Shown: positions 19,694 through 29,150 of the stretch, piece by piece
Layout of the letters: every line of letters starts with the position of its first letter
Position numbering within the stretch: position 1 is the stretch's first letter
Source: an uncultured Alphaproteobacteria bacterium
Lineage (GTDB): Bacteria > Pseudomonadota > Alphaproteobacteria > ATCC43930 > CGMCC-115725
NCBI GenBank assembly: GCA_963736715.1
Contig: CAVTQA010000027.1
Span: 127,979 to 191,978, forward strand
Reading direction: 5' to 3'
DNA: 64,000 nt
Translations under genes and position numbers: made by a program
The notes under the pieces: model-generated
The model's database searches: none
What the model saw: the letters and a program-made list of their open reading frames with translations, nothing else
Told to the model about the DNA's origin: nothing

Positions 19694-20709
19694 TTCTCGA
19701 TCACGACCACGGCTGTGGCGCCAAAGCGCATCAGGTCGTCGGGCGGCGCGTCGAGCAGGATGCGCACCGGGAAGCGCGCCGCGATCCGCACCCAGTTGAG
19801 GGTGCGCTCGACATGCGGCAGGCCGCCAATCGTGGCGCTCACATCCGACGCCACACCCCAGCCGAGGCTGTCGACCTGGCCGCGCAGCGGGCGGCTTGGT
19901 TGCGCCATCACGTAGACGGTCGCGCGCTGCCCCGGCTCCATTCCCGCGAGGTCGGTCTCGCGGAAATTGCCGATCGCATACCAGTGCTCGGTGTCGATGA
20001 TCGTGAACAGCGGGTGGCCGGTGGCGGCGAACTCCCCGGCGGCGATGTCGAGCGCGGTGATCCGGCCATCGCAGGGCGCGCGCACGACCGTCTTGTTGAG
20101 GTCGCGCTCTGCGAGCGCGAGCGTCGCGCGCGCGCCCTCCAGCTCAGCCTCGGTGGGCTTGGTGTTGGTGATGGCCTGGCGCGCCTCGTCCGCCTGCAGC
20201 TGCGCCTGCTGCAGCGCGATCTGCGCGGTGCGCTGCGCCGTGCGCGCCTGGTCGACCTGCTGCGCGGTGACGAAGCCCTGCCCGAGCAGCGGCTCCAGCC
20301 GCCCCAGCGTGCTCGAAGCGAGAGCCCGCTGCGCCTCGGCGCTGCCGATGCCGCGTTCGGCGGCCCCGGCCTTGGAGGTCTGCGCCGCGACCTGGTCGGC
20401 GGTCAGGGCAAGCTTCGCTTCCAGGCCGCGCACCGCCGCGCGAGCCTGGTCCACGCGCATTCGGTAAGGTTCCGGGTCGATCCGGAATAGCACGTCGCCC
20501 TTGCGCACCGCCTGGTTGTCGCGCACGTCGAGCTCGACGATCCGGCCGCTGACGTCCGGCGCCAAGTGGACGAGGTCGGCCTGCAGGTAGGCGTCGTCGG
20601 TGCGCGGCCGCTGGTCGATCCGGCGCGTTGCGAGGACCACGGTCACCAGGACGCCGGCCAGCGCGATGAGGCTGACCAGGATGCCGAGCGCCTTGCGAAA
20701 TGCCAACAT
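19690..20709 (-). CDS. HlyD-family periplasmic adaptor (AaeA-like)
   Basis: 339 aa, N-terminal [44 protein letters not shown], coiled-coil middle. Confidence 0.9.
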   Translation of the reverse strand: MLAFRKALGILVSLIALAGVLVTVVLATRRIDQRPRTDDAYLQADLVHLAPDVSGRIVELDVRDNQAVRKGDVLFRIDPEPYRMRVDQARAAVRGLEAKLALTADQVAAQTSKAGAAERGIGSAEAQRALASSTLGRLEPLLGQGFVTAQQVDQARTAQRTAQIALQQAQLQADEARQAITNTKPTEAELEGARATLALAERDLNKTVVRAPCDGRITALDIAAGEFAATGHPLFTIIDTEHWYAIGNFRETDLAGMEPGQRATVYVMAQPSRPLRGQVDSLGWGVASDVSATIGGLPHVERTLNWVRIAARFPVRILLDAPPDDLMRFGATAVVVIEK

Positions 20710-20712
20710 CGC

Positions 20713-20904
20713 TCAGTGACCGAACCAGAGCAGCCAGGCAAGCAACGTGGCGGACACCGCGAGGGCGGCGTAGGTAAGCAGCGGGGCGACGACGTAGTCG
20801 TTGATACCGGCCACCGCGAGGATCTGCCGGATAATGACGGAGGCGACGATGCCGATTACCGCGCACAGCATCCAGGCCGGGAAGTAGGAGCCGAGCAGAT
20901 CCAT
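20713..20904 (-). CDS. DUF1656 (AaeX-like) small membrane protein
   Basis: ATG at 20904, 63 aa, two TM helices. It holds the first position in the AaeX-AaeA-AaeB-OMF-type operon. Confidence 0.75.
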   Translation of the reverse strand: MDLLGSYFPAWMLCAVIGIVASVIIRQILAVAGINDYVVAPLLTYAALAVSATLLAWLLWFGH

Positions 20905-21089
20905 TGTCGGCGAGTAACTGCACGCCGCGACCGGCAGCGCGATCGCGACTCGCCACAAGGCTAGCGGAGCACAGCAGCGTCGACCGGCCCGAAGCCATCT
21001 GCTGCTCCCGGCAGCGGTCAACGTCACCCGCCCGAAACCTGATGCAACCGACATTCCGCCCACCCGTTTAGAGTTCCATTTTTGGCACC

Positions 21090-21374
21090 CTAGCACGGCC
21101 GCGATCGCATCAGGATGCAACGCTCGGCTAGCCCGCTTCTGACCGAACCGGACCGCGATCTTCGCCACCGGCGGAGAGCGATATCGATCCGCGTGCTCTC
21201 CGCTTCTCCCTGCACGAGCAGCGGTTCGGGGCGCGCGAGGCACCAGATCGCCAAACCGATAATGGCGACAAACAGCACACCGGTGATGACGGCGCGCGGA
21301 TTGAGGCGGCCCGGCCGCGCCGTGGCGCTAGCGTCGGTGGTGGCGCGGTCGAGTGCGGATGGCGCTTCGGTCAT
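21090..21374 (-). pseudogene. N-terminal stub of a second HlyD/YbhG-like adaptor gene
   Basis: ATG at 21374. MTEAPSALD...RAVITGVLFVAIIGLAIWCLARPEPLLVQGEAESTRIDIA reproduces the TM plus 'LQGE..xxRIDIA' start of HlyD adaptors, then degenerates and stops after 94 codons. Confidence 0.35.
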
Positions 21375-21521
21375 CGTTTTGTAGCGGCTACAGGCTGAAG
21401 TGCTCGAGTATCGGGGCATGCCCGGCGATATCGGCTTCATTCTCAGCTGGAAGTAACTCACATTTAGGGCAATTCTTGAGAAACGGCTGAATATAAAGGG
21501 CGGATGCGAAGGGAGGATCCG

Positions 21522-22331
21522 ATGACCGACACCAAGAACGACGACTCGGAAGCCAACGGCAAGCTGAAGCTGAAGGAATACGAGCGGGCACTTGCGCGCT
21601 TGCACGTCGAGTTCGTCAAGCTCCAGCAGTGGGTGGTGCACAAGGGCCTGAAGGTCTGCATCCTCTTCGAGGGGCGCGACGGCGCCGGCAAGGGCGGCAC
21701 GATCAAGGCCATGACCGAGCGGGTGAGCCCGCGCATCTTCCGGGTCGTCGCGCTGCCCGCCCCTACCGAGCGCGAGACGTCGCAGATGTACGCCCAGCGC
21801 TACATCCCACATCTCCCCGCGGCCGGAGAGATCATGATCTTCGACCGCAGTTGGTACAACCGAGCCGGCGTCGAGCGGGTGATGGGGTTCTGCACCGAGG
21901 AGGAGGCCAAACGCTTCTTGGAGATGGTGCCCACGTTCGAGAAGGTCGTCGTCGATTCCGGGGTCATCCTCCTGAAATATTGGCTCGAGGTCAGTCCCGA
22001 AGAACAGACGAGGCGGCTGGAGGGGCGCATCGACGACGGGCGCAAGATCTGGAAACTGTCCGACATGGACCTCAAATCCTACTCGCGCTGGTACGATTAC
22101 TCTCGTGCCCGAGACGAAATGTTTCACGCCTCCGACACTGCTTGGGCGCCGTGGTACGTTGTCCACTCCGACAACAAGCGGCGGGCGCGCCTCAACATCC
22201 TCACTCACATATTGAGCAAGATCCCCTACGAGGACCTGAAGCGGCCGAAGGTCGAATTGCCGAAGCGGCAGCACCGCGGCGATTACAAGGACACCGACTA
22301 CCCGTTCAGGGTGATTCCGGAGGTTTTCTGA
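21522..22331 (+). CDS. ppk2: polyphosphate kinase 2
   Basis: ATG at 21522 after GGGAGG (alternative ATG at 21504). PPK2 motifs: ILFEGRDGAGKGGTIK (Walker A), FDRSWYNRAGVERVMGF, WKLSDMDL. Confidence 0.9.
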   Translation: MTDTKNDDSEANGKLKLKEYERALARLHVEFVKLQQWVVHKGLKVCILFEGRDGAGKGGTIKAMTERVSPRIFRVVALPAPTERETSQMYAQRYIPHLPAAGEIMIFDRSWYNRAGVERVMGFCTEEEAKRFLEMVPTFEKVVVDSGVILLKYWLEVSPEEQTRRLEGRIDDGRKIWKLSDMDLKSYSRWYDYSRARDEMFHASDTAWAPWYVVHSDNKRRARLNILTHILSKIPYEDLKRPKVELPKRQHRGDYKDTDYPFRVIPEVF

Positions 22332-22399
22332 GCGCTGCGGGCCGGAGCACCGTGGCGAAAAAGCCCGCCACCGTGTCAAGCCGGCAGGGCGCCTCAGTT

Positions 22400-23099
22400 G
22401 TGCTTGACGACAGACGGAGGTTGGGCGGCGCATGGCAGGATCGGATCAGAGATCCGAGCCTGACCGCCCTGCTCGTCCTCGAACTCGGCGCGATGTTTAT
22501 CGCGGCGCCGCTGGCGGCGAAGGCACTGCCGATAGCACGAGCGATCGCTGACACCCTGGTTTCTTGCGGCCCTGGTGATCGTCGTGATGCTGTCGCCGAG
22601 ATGGGACACCATTATCCTGATCCTGCTGGGGCTGGCGGCCACCGCGGCGAGCTTTTTGGTGAGCGGAGGATGGTCACCGGTTTCAACCATCGTGCTCCGC
22701 CGCGGCGGCAACATTCTCGCCTTCTCCGCACTGAGTTGGGTAGTAGCGCGCGCGGTCTATGCACCCGGGCGTATTACATTTCGCCGCCTTCAAGGTGCGG
22801 TCGTACTTTATCTCAGCCTTGCGACGATCTTCGCTTCGGCCTATGGCCTGATGTGGGAGCTGAACCCCGGCGCCTTCGTCAATGTCGTCACCCCGTTGGG
22901 CGGCCGGGAGGAAGTCGCGACCATGATGTATTTCAGCCTTACCACGCTGACCACTACGGGTTATGGGGACATCGTGCCGGTCGATCCATTCGCCCGCAGC
23001 CTGGCCAATCTGGAGTCGGTCCTCGGGCAATTCTTTCTCGCCATCACGGTTACCCGCCTCGTGACGATGGAACTCGCAGACCGACGCCGACGTGAATGA
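22400..23099 (+). pseudogene. potassium channel paralog with a 1-nt frameshift
   Basis: By eye, roughly four fifths of residues are identical to the 15051..15776 product, including TLTTTGYGD. The N-terminal part (WQDRIRDPSLTALLVLELGAMFIAAPLAAKALPIARAIADTLV) is in a different frame from the rest. The shift is at the T-run 22560-22562. Confidence 0.75.
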
Positions 23100-23281
23100 C
23101 GAGGCAAATGGAATATCGCGCGTTCCGGTGGGAGATAAATTCTGAGCTCGGTAGCGATCGGTTGCATAGCTTTCGCTTGCGTCTTCGGAGGCGAAGGGCT
23201 GCTTCAGGTTTCCGGGGCCCCTTTTACGCACGGCCCTAGCCTAGCTGGGCCAGTAAAATTGCCATCGCGCTAATCCCGAGC

Positions 23282-25018
23282 ATGCTTATTTCGTCTCGCC
23301 CTGCCTCGATAGCACAGCGGCTGTTGCCGGTCCTCGTTTGGCTCCCTGGCTACCGGCGTGACTGGTTATTGCCGGATTTCCTGGCCGGACTTGCGGTTTG
23401 GGCGGTCATGGTGCCGGAAAGCATGGCCTATGCCGGCATCGTCGGGGTGCCGCCGATCATGGGACTCTACACGATCGTCCCGCCATTAATTGCCTACGCG
23501 CTGCTCGGCACCTCGCGCTTGCTTGTCGTCGGCCCAGACACCGCTACCGGCCTGATCTCCGCGCTGACTGTGCGGCGCAATCGCGGTACAGGGAACCGCG
23601 CAGTTCAATACGCTCACCTCAACTCTCGCGATCTTGATCGGCGCTCTTCTTCCTGCTGTTCGGCGCGCTGCGCATGGGCTGGGTGGCCGCCTTCATCCCC
23701 ACGCCGGTGATGCGAGGGTTCATCGAGGGCCTGGTATGCGTCACCATCATCGGCCAGGTGCCGCATCTGCTTGGCATCGACGGCGCGGCCGGCAACTTCT
23801 TCGCCAAGCTCTGGTTCGTGCTGCAGCATCTACCCGAAACCTCGCTGGCCCCGGTACTGACCGGCTCGCTCAGCCTCATCGCGATGCTGGTGCTGCGCCG
23901 CCTGGCGCCCCGCATACCGGCGGCGCTGGTGGTCGCGGTCGTGGCCACGATCCTCGTGGCCCTGCTCGGCGGCGAGGCCGCCGGGGTCAGCGTGGTCGGC
24001 GAGCTTCCGTCTGGCCTGCCTCACCTCGCGCTGCCCAAGCTCGACCTTGCGATATTGCAGGAGCTCGCACCCGGCGCGCTTGCCATCGTGCTGGTCGGCT
24101 ATGCCGAGGCACTCGGCGGGGCAAAGGCCGCGGCAATGCAGGGCGGCGGCGACATCGACCCGAATCAGGAGCTGATCGCGCACGGGCCCGCCAATATTCT
24201 GAGCGGCCTTTTCGGCGGTTTCCTCGTTGTCGGCAGCCTGTCCAAAACCTCCGTCGCAATGGCTGCCGGTGCCCACACCCAGCTCGCCAATCTCGTCGCA
24301 GCAGTCCTATGCTTCCTGACGCTGGTGTTGTTGACGCCGTTATTCCGGGGCATGCCGCATCCGAGCACTCGCCGCCATCGTGATCGCGGCAATGCTTCAC
24401 CTCTCCAAGCCCGAGTATTTGCGCGGTCTGTTCGCACGCAGCCGCTGGGAGTTTGGCCTCGCCGCGATCGTTGTCGCCGCAGAGCTGACATTGGGCGTCC
24501 CACACGGCATCGCTCTCGGTGTGGCGCTGTCGCTTTTAATGTTGATCTATCTAACCAGCCACCCGCAAGGCGCGGTGCTCGGTCAGTTGCCGGGTACCGA
24601 GGCCTATCGTGACGTCCGGCGCCACCCCGAGGCGCTCAGCTTCCCCGGCTTGCTGATTTGGCGCGTCGGCGGCGACCTATTCTTTGCGAGCATCGGTCAC
24701 CTCGGCGAGGAGCTGAAGGCCGCACTGGCCGCCAACCGCCCGCCGGCGAGGCATGTGCTTCTAGACGCAGATTCGGTGAACTTCGTCGACACCAGCGCCT
24801 GCGACGCGTTGCTGGACTTGATCAAGGAGTTGCAAAGCCAAGGCATCAGCTTCGCCTTCGCCCGGGTGCGCGACGAAGTCCGAGAGCGGCTGCGGCCCGG
24901 GGGCATAGAGGCCATCGTCGGTGCGTCCGACTTCTACGAACGTGTGACCGACGGCGTACTCGCCTGGCAAGAGCAAGAACGGCTCGCCGCTGCGTCCGCG
25001 GGACAGCGAAGTTTATGA
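23282..25018 (+). pseudogene. SulP-family anion permease with C-terminal STAS domain, three frameshifts
   Basis: A continuous SulP sequence is recovered only by switching frames at ~23573, ~23646 and ~24365 (...GPDTATGLISALTV / AIAVQGTAQFNTLTSTLAILIGAL / FFLLFGALRMGWVAAFIPTPVMRGFIEG... / ALAAIVIAAMLHL...). The STAS part has FFASIGHLGEEL...VLLDADSVNFVDTSACDAL. Confidence 0.8.
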
Positions 25019-25091
25019 ACGATGGTTGTGCGGCCAGGGAGCTTTGTGTCCCGGCGGACCCCTGCCGCGCCAGCGCTGATGTTACCGGGCT

Positions 25092-26186
25092 TCAAAAGAA
25101 CCTGAACCTGAGCAGGTAAAGGACGATCGCGAACAAGGTGAAGACTGCCGCTATCACTCCGGCGACCACCCAAAAACCGCTGGAGCTGCCGCTGAACGGG
25201 ATGCCGCCGACATTCATGCCCCAAACGCTCGCGATCAGCGTTGCCGGCAGGAATATCACCGAGAACATCGTGAGTGTGTAAAGGTTTCGGTTGGTCTCCT
25301 CCTCGACCTGCGCCCGCAGTTCTTCGACCAGGAACTGACAGCGCTCCGCGTAATCCTGCGTATCCTCGCCCAGTGCCGCATAGCGATGGATCTGGCGGTC
25401 GAATCGGTCGAATTCTTCGGCAGGAAACAGCGCCGGACGCTCGCGCGTGAATTCGAGCATCGCCGTGCGCTTGTAGGCCATGTCGCGGGCGACCCGGATT
25501 GAATCGCGTCGCATCTCCAGGATTTCCTTGCGTTGCTCGGCGCCGTCTCGTTTCAACACCTTCGACTCGATTGCACTGAGGCGTTCACTGGCCTGCTGCA
25601 ACAGACGCTCGCCGATGTCATTGAGGGCTCTGAAGAATTCCGTGATCAGCCCGCACGGGCTCTCCGGTCCGACCGTATGGGCTTCCACCCGGCGTAGCAG
25701 CTCCTTGACCGAGAGTAGCGGGATGCGTCGGCCGGTGACGAGCAGCGTCCGGGTGGCGGCAACGCTGAGCGAGCCCGCTTCCAGGGTGGCGGCGCCGGGT
25801 TCGTCGCGGAAGTCGCGCAAATGGCCGTAGACCAGATCCGGCGTGACGAAAAGCCTACCCCACTGGATCGGAGCGGCTACCGCCTCGACGACGTCGCGCG
25901 GCCAGGGGCGACGGGATAGCCAAGTTTGGGCCGCGGCATCGCGGAGGTCGAGATGCACCCAGACAAAATCCGCGTTGCCCGCCGCGACGTCAGCCTCCGC
26001 AATATCATGCAGCGCCTGTCCCAGCGCGCCGCGAAACACGAAGGCAAATGATGGACCACCGTCACTCATGCTTTGCTCGGTAATTTTAAGGTTGAAGATC
26101 GGCTGGAAGCTGTGCCCACGGTACTGGGGCGGCGGGAGCGGGTCTGGACGGGCCTCGCTCGAGGTCGGGTAGGGGGTTAGGCTCAT
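25092..26186 (-). CDS. CorA-family divalent cation transporter (ZntB-like)
   Basis: 364 aa. The C-terminus has two TM helices and the GMN motif (SVWGMNVGGIPF). The start is uncertain (alternative MSDGGPSF). Confidence 0.8.
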   Translation of the reverse strand: MSLTPYPTSSEARPDPLPPPQYRGHSFQPIFNLKITEQSMSDGGPSFAFVFRGALGQALHDIAEADVAAGNADFVWVHLDLRDAAAQTWLSRRPWPRDVVEAVAAPIQWGRLFVTPDLVYGHLRDFRDEPGAATLEAGSLSVAATRTLLVTGRRIPLLSVKELLRRVEAHTVGPESPCGLITEFFRALNDIGERLLQQASERLSAIESKVLKRDGAEQRKEILEMRRDSIRVARDMAYKRTAMLEFTRERPALFPAEEFDRFDRQIHRYAALGEDTQDYAERCQFLVEELRAQVEEETNRNLYTLTMFSVIFLPATLIASVWGMNVGGIPFSGSSSGFWVVAGVIAAVFTLFAIVLYLLRFRFF

Positions 26187-26475
26187 TCGGCGTTCGCGAG
26201 GTCGTATAACCGATGAATCCGGTCGGAGAACCAGCTCGTCAGGCGGTGCTTCGGTACGCTCTCGTCGAGTTCAGGCGAGGCGCTCAGCCGACCAGCGGCC
26301 TGACGCCGAGCCAGCGCTCGGCAGAGCTCCTGGGCGACTTGCGGCCGAGCTTCCGGAATGGGCGTGAGGTCCGCCTTTGCGAGCTCCGCGAGGATCTGCC
26401 AGATGATGACGGCGGCCACGACGCCGAGCGCGGCGCACAGCATCCAGCCAGGAAGTAGGAGCCGAACAAATCCAT
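26183..26475 (-). pseudogene. chimeric ORF: 5' remnant of a second aaeX-like (DUF1656) gene fused to unrelated sequence
   Basis: ATG at 26475. MDLFGSYF then, after a 1-nt deletion, PGWMLCAALGVVAAVIIWQIL parallels MDLLGSYFPAWMLCAVIGIVASVIIRQIL of 20713..20904. The tail is unrelated. The stop overlaps the corA-like ATG (ATGA at 26183-26186). Confidence 0.45.
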
Positions 26476-27291
26476 TGTCGGCGCGTAATTGCACGCGACG
26501 ACCGGCAGCGCAATCGCAACTCGCCACAAGCCGAGCGGACCGCGGGAGTGTCGATCGCGCCGGATCGACCTGCCGCTCCCGGCAGCGAGCGAACTCCCAT
26601 TCGATAGACCGGAGACAAGATCAACCGGCATGCCGCCATCACCGGAAAAAATCAGTCCTGGAATTATCCTAGCGCGTCCGGCGAACGTGTAATCTTTTTT
26701 AAATGCTAATCGACCGGCGGTCACGCCATCAGCTGAACTGCAAACAAAAATAGCGCGTCAAGCAGCAGGTGACGAGAGAGCATATATCTACCGCACGGCC
26801 CGACAATCCGGCACTCAACGTCTTGGGACGTCCTACGGAAATCTTGCTTAGCGCTCCGGACGCTCCAGCTTGTGTTTACCCAGCGGTCTGATTGGAACGG
26901 CCGTCGCGGTACCATCAGAACCGCTGGCTTCGCTTCGCTTCAATTCCTTTCCACCTTAAACAGCCGGGCCGGTGCTTAACCAGACATCGCGCAACTCGAT
27001 TCCATCGGTATCCCTTTACAGCGAATAGCAGGCTGCGCTCAGCCAATCTCAAGCGTCATCTGCCCTTTGGAGCAAGCGCCGGCACGGACGCCCACCGCGC
27101 TCCCGCTCCGCCACCGCCCGGCGTCCGACCGATCCGGGCCGATGATTTCACTGCCCCGCCGCGATTGGAACGCGCTGGGACCACTGTTGCGAACCGCGTC
27201 GGAATTTCTTCGATTGTGAGCTGCCTCACACCTTCGGCTACTCGTTTAACTATATATAGCTTTATCAACGTCCGGCGGATGGAGTGTCCTT

Positions 27292-27303
27292 CGCGATATC
27301 GCG
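27292..27303. promoter_or_regulatory. perfect 12-bp palindrome CGCGATATCGCG 28 nt upstream of the TIR gene ATG (possible operator)
   Basis: Read directly. An AT-rich TATATATA lies at 27251-27258. A regulatory role is inference only. Confidence 0.25.
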
Positions 27304-27330
27304 GATTGGCTGCTCCAGCGGGAGGCGCTC

Positions 27331-28851
27331 ATGTCCGAGACTCGCACACTCGAACTCGAAGAGATCAAGAAAGATCCAACGGATGTTCATGTCTTCATTA
27401 GTTACTCTCATGAAGATTTCGGCATCGCTCAGTGCCTGCAGGAGGAGCTGACCGCCGTCAATCCCGCCCGGGTCCACTGTTTTCTGGATGCTTACAACAT
27501 TCGTTCGGGTGAGGAGTGGCATTCGAAGATCATCACCAACCTCAAGGCCGCAGACTGGCTGATCTTCCTTTATACGGGACGCGAACGCAGGCCCTACGAT
27601 TTTTGCGGCTTCGAGATTGGTATTTTTACTAGCGCGCATCTTCTGGATACATCAAAAAAGATTACCGAAGCGGCGCGGCTGTTGTGCATTCATGACACGC
27701 CCGCCGTACCCTCGCTGCTGGCGATGGTGCAAAACCGGCGGATCCGTCCCTATCAGTCGGATGGGCCGCCCGATCCAACGAGCGAACTCGATTTCTATAT
27801 CGACACGCCGTTAGCTCAGCTCTTCGAAGATTTTTATTATCACCCCGACCGCATGCCGCTGCATGGCGGCACGATGCGGAAGGGGCTTCCTCTCAGGCAA
27901 ATGCCGAGAATGGCTGCCGAGATCGCCGAGCGCGTCAAGCGGCTCACGATAAAGTTCCAAGACGCCAGGAAGAACGATCCGATATCGGAAAAATTCTATC
28001 AGGTCAGAATGGAGATCGACATTCGCGATCCCCTACCCAAAAACAGGACCGAGATCCCAGGGCGTTCGATGGTCACGGCCCTGTCCGACACCTTCAATCT
28101 CCTCGGGTTGAGCCCTGACCCCGACGAGAGCGGAGAGCTGAAAACAAGCTGGGAGCAGATGAAGAGCAGTCTCGAAGCGAATAACGAAACCTTTGCCTGG
28201 ATGGACAAAGTCGAAGACGACATATTGGACGCCGCCCATCAGCGAAATTTGAGGAACCCTGAAACCAGCTTTCGAGCGCATGACGGGCAATTCTATCGCC
28301 CGCTGTTGGCCCGCCAGGTCATCTACGGCAATGGGGCGAGAAAATTCTCGGTGATATTCGTCAGAACCTTGCCGAGAAAGTTTGTCGGCGACGAGACCAC
28401 ATCCGCCTTATTGATCGGGCTCATTCTCGCTTCGCGGTTCAGGTTCACGTTCATCGAGGCCGCCAAGGAAGTGCAGGGTAATCTCGGCGACGAGGTCACC
28501 GATGCCGAGTTCCAGCTCGCCTGCCGGCAGATGATTTACGACATCGAGCGAATGGAGCAGGAATCGAGCGAATTCGGGATGAATAATCCCGATATTTTTC
28601 ACCAAGCGTTTGGCCCGGAAAACCACGAAGTCGTGTCGGCTTTTTACGAGATTTGGTTTCCTGCACGAAAAGACCTTTTCACGCTAATCAAATCCCGGCT
28701 GGAGGAGCCGAATACCGTCTCGCGTGATATGATTCGAGATGCAGTCAAGAAGTTCACGCGGACGTTGAGCCCCTATAACAAGCGTTTTCTCGAAATGTGC
28801 TTGCAACGCTACACGGCTTATCTGAAAGGCTGGTTGAGCAAGCCCGATTGA
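27331..28851 (+). CDS. TIR-domain protein with an uncharacterised ~360-aa C-terminal region
   Basis: 506 aa, with GGGAGG before the ATG. The N-terminus has DVHVFISYSHEDFGIAQCLQEEL, RSGEEWHSKI, ADWLIFLYTG and PYDFCGFEIGIF (the position of the TIR WCxxE catalytic-Glu helix). The rest has no Walker A or other motif I recognise. The gene is visibly A/T-richer than its flanks. Confidence 0.85.
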   Translation: MSETRTLELEEIKKDPTDVHVFISYSHEDFGIAQCLQEELTAVNPARVHCFLDAYNIRSGEEWHSKIITNLKAADWLIFLYTGRERRPYDFCGFEIGIFTSAHLLDTSKKITEAARLLCIHDTPAVPSLLAMVQNRRIRPYQSDGPPDPTSELDFYIDTPLAQLFEDFYYHPDRMPLHGGTMRKGLPLRQMPRMAAEIAERVKRLTIKFQDARKNDPISEKFYQVRMEIDIRDPLPKNRTEIPGRSMVTALSDTFNLLGLSPDPDESGELKTSWEQMKSSLEANNETFAWMDKVEDDILDAAHQRNLRNPETSFRAHDGQFYRPLLARQVIYGNGARKFSVIFVRTLPRKFVGDETTSALLIGLILASRFRFTFIEAAKEVQGNLGDEVTDAEFQLACRQMIYDIERMEQESSEFGMNNPDIFHQAFGPENHEVVSAFYEIWFPARKDLFTLIKSRLEEPNTVSRDMIRDAVKKFTRTLSPYNKRFLEMCLQRYTAYLKGWLSKPD

Positions 28852-28921
28852 CCCGTGACCGCGGGAGGCGTTGTCAGTCACGGCGTAGGTTGAACTGGCC
28901 GCCTGCATGATCGAATGCGTC

Positions 28922-29150
28922 TCAGCGCATCTGCTCCTTGTCGAGGGGTCTGTGCGCCGCTGCGGAGCGATAACAGTTTAGGCCGAGGCCGCGGTGCTGC
29001 GGATCGAGGACCCAGTCGGCTACGGTGTAGGGCCTAAGAGCTCTTGGATGTTCTCTTGTCGCCTGTCGGATCGGGACTGTGTATCCCACCTCCCTCAATA
29101 AGGTGCTGCGCAACGGCATCGTCCGGCGTACACGCTCTGATCTCGATCAT
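28922..29150 (-). pseudogene. degraded GNAT-type acetyltransferase remnant
   Basis: MIEIRACTPDDAVAQHLIE (a typical GNAT start) is in one frame. VADWVLDPQHRGLGLN (acetyl-CoA motif A, V.P..RG.G.G) is in another frame only ~50 codons later. It is too short and frame-broken to be functional. Confidence 0.3.

Noticed and set aside
21375-22433. Upstream part of the 447-aa minus-strand ORF 21090..22433
   Set aside because: It is antisense to the well-supported ppk2 gene. Only the 3' 94 codons (the HlyD-like stub) have any protein-like character.
26892-27639. 169-aa (+) ORF upstream of, and 124-aa (-) ORF overlapping, the TIR gene start
   Set aside because: The translations are compositionally odd (Arg/Pro/His-rich) with no RBS or motifs. 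The minus ORF is antisense to the TIR coding sequence.
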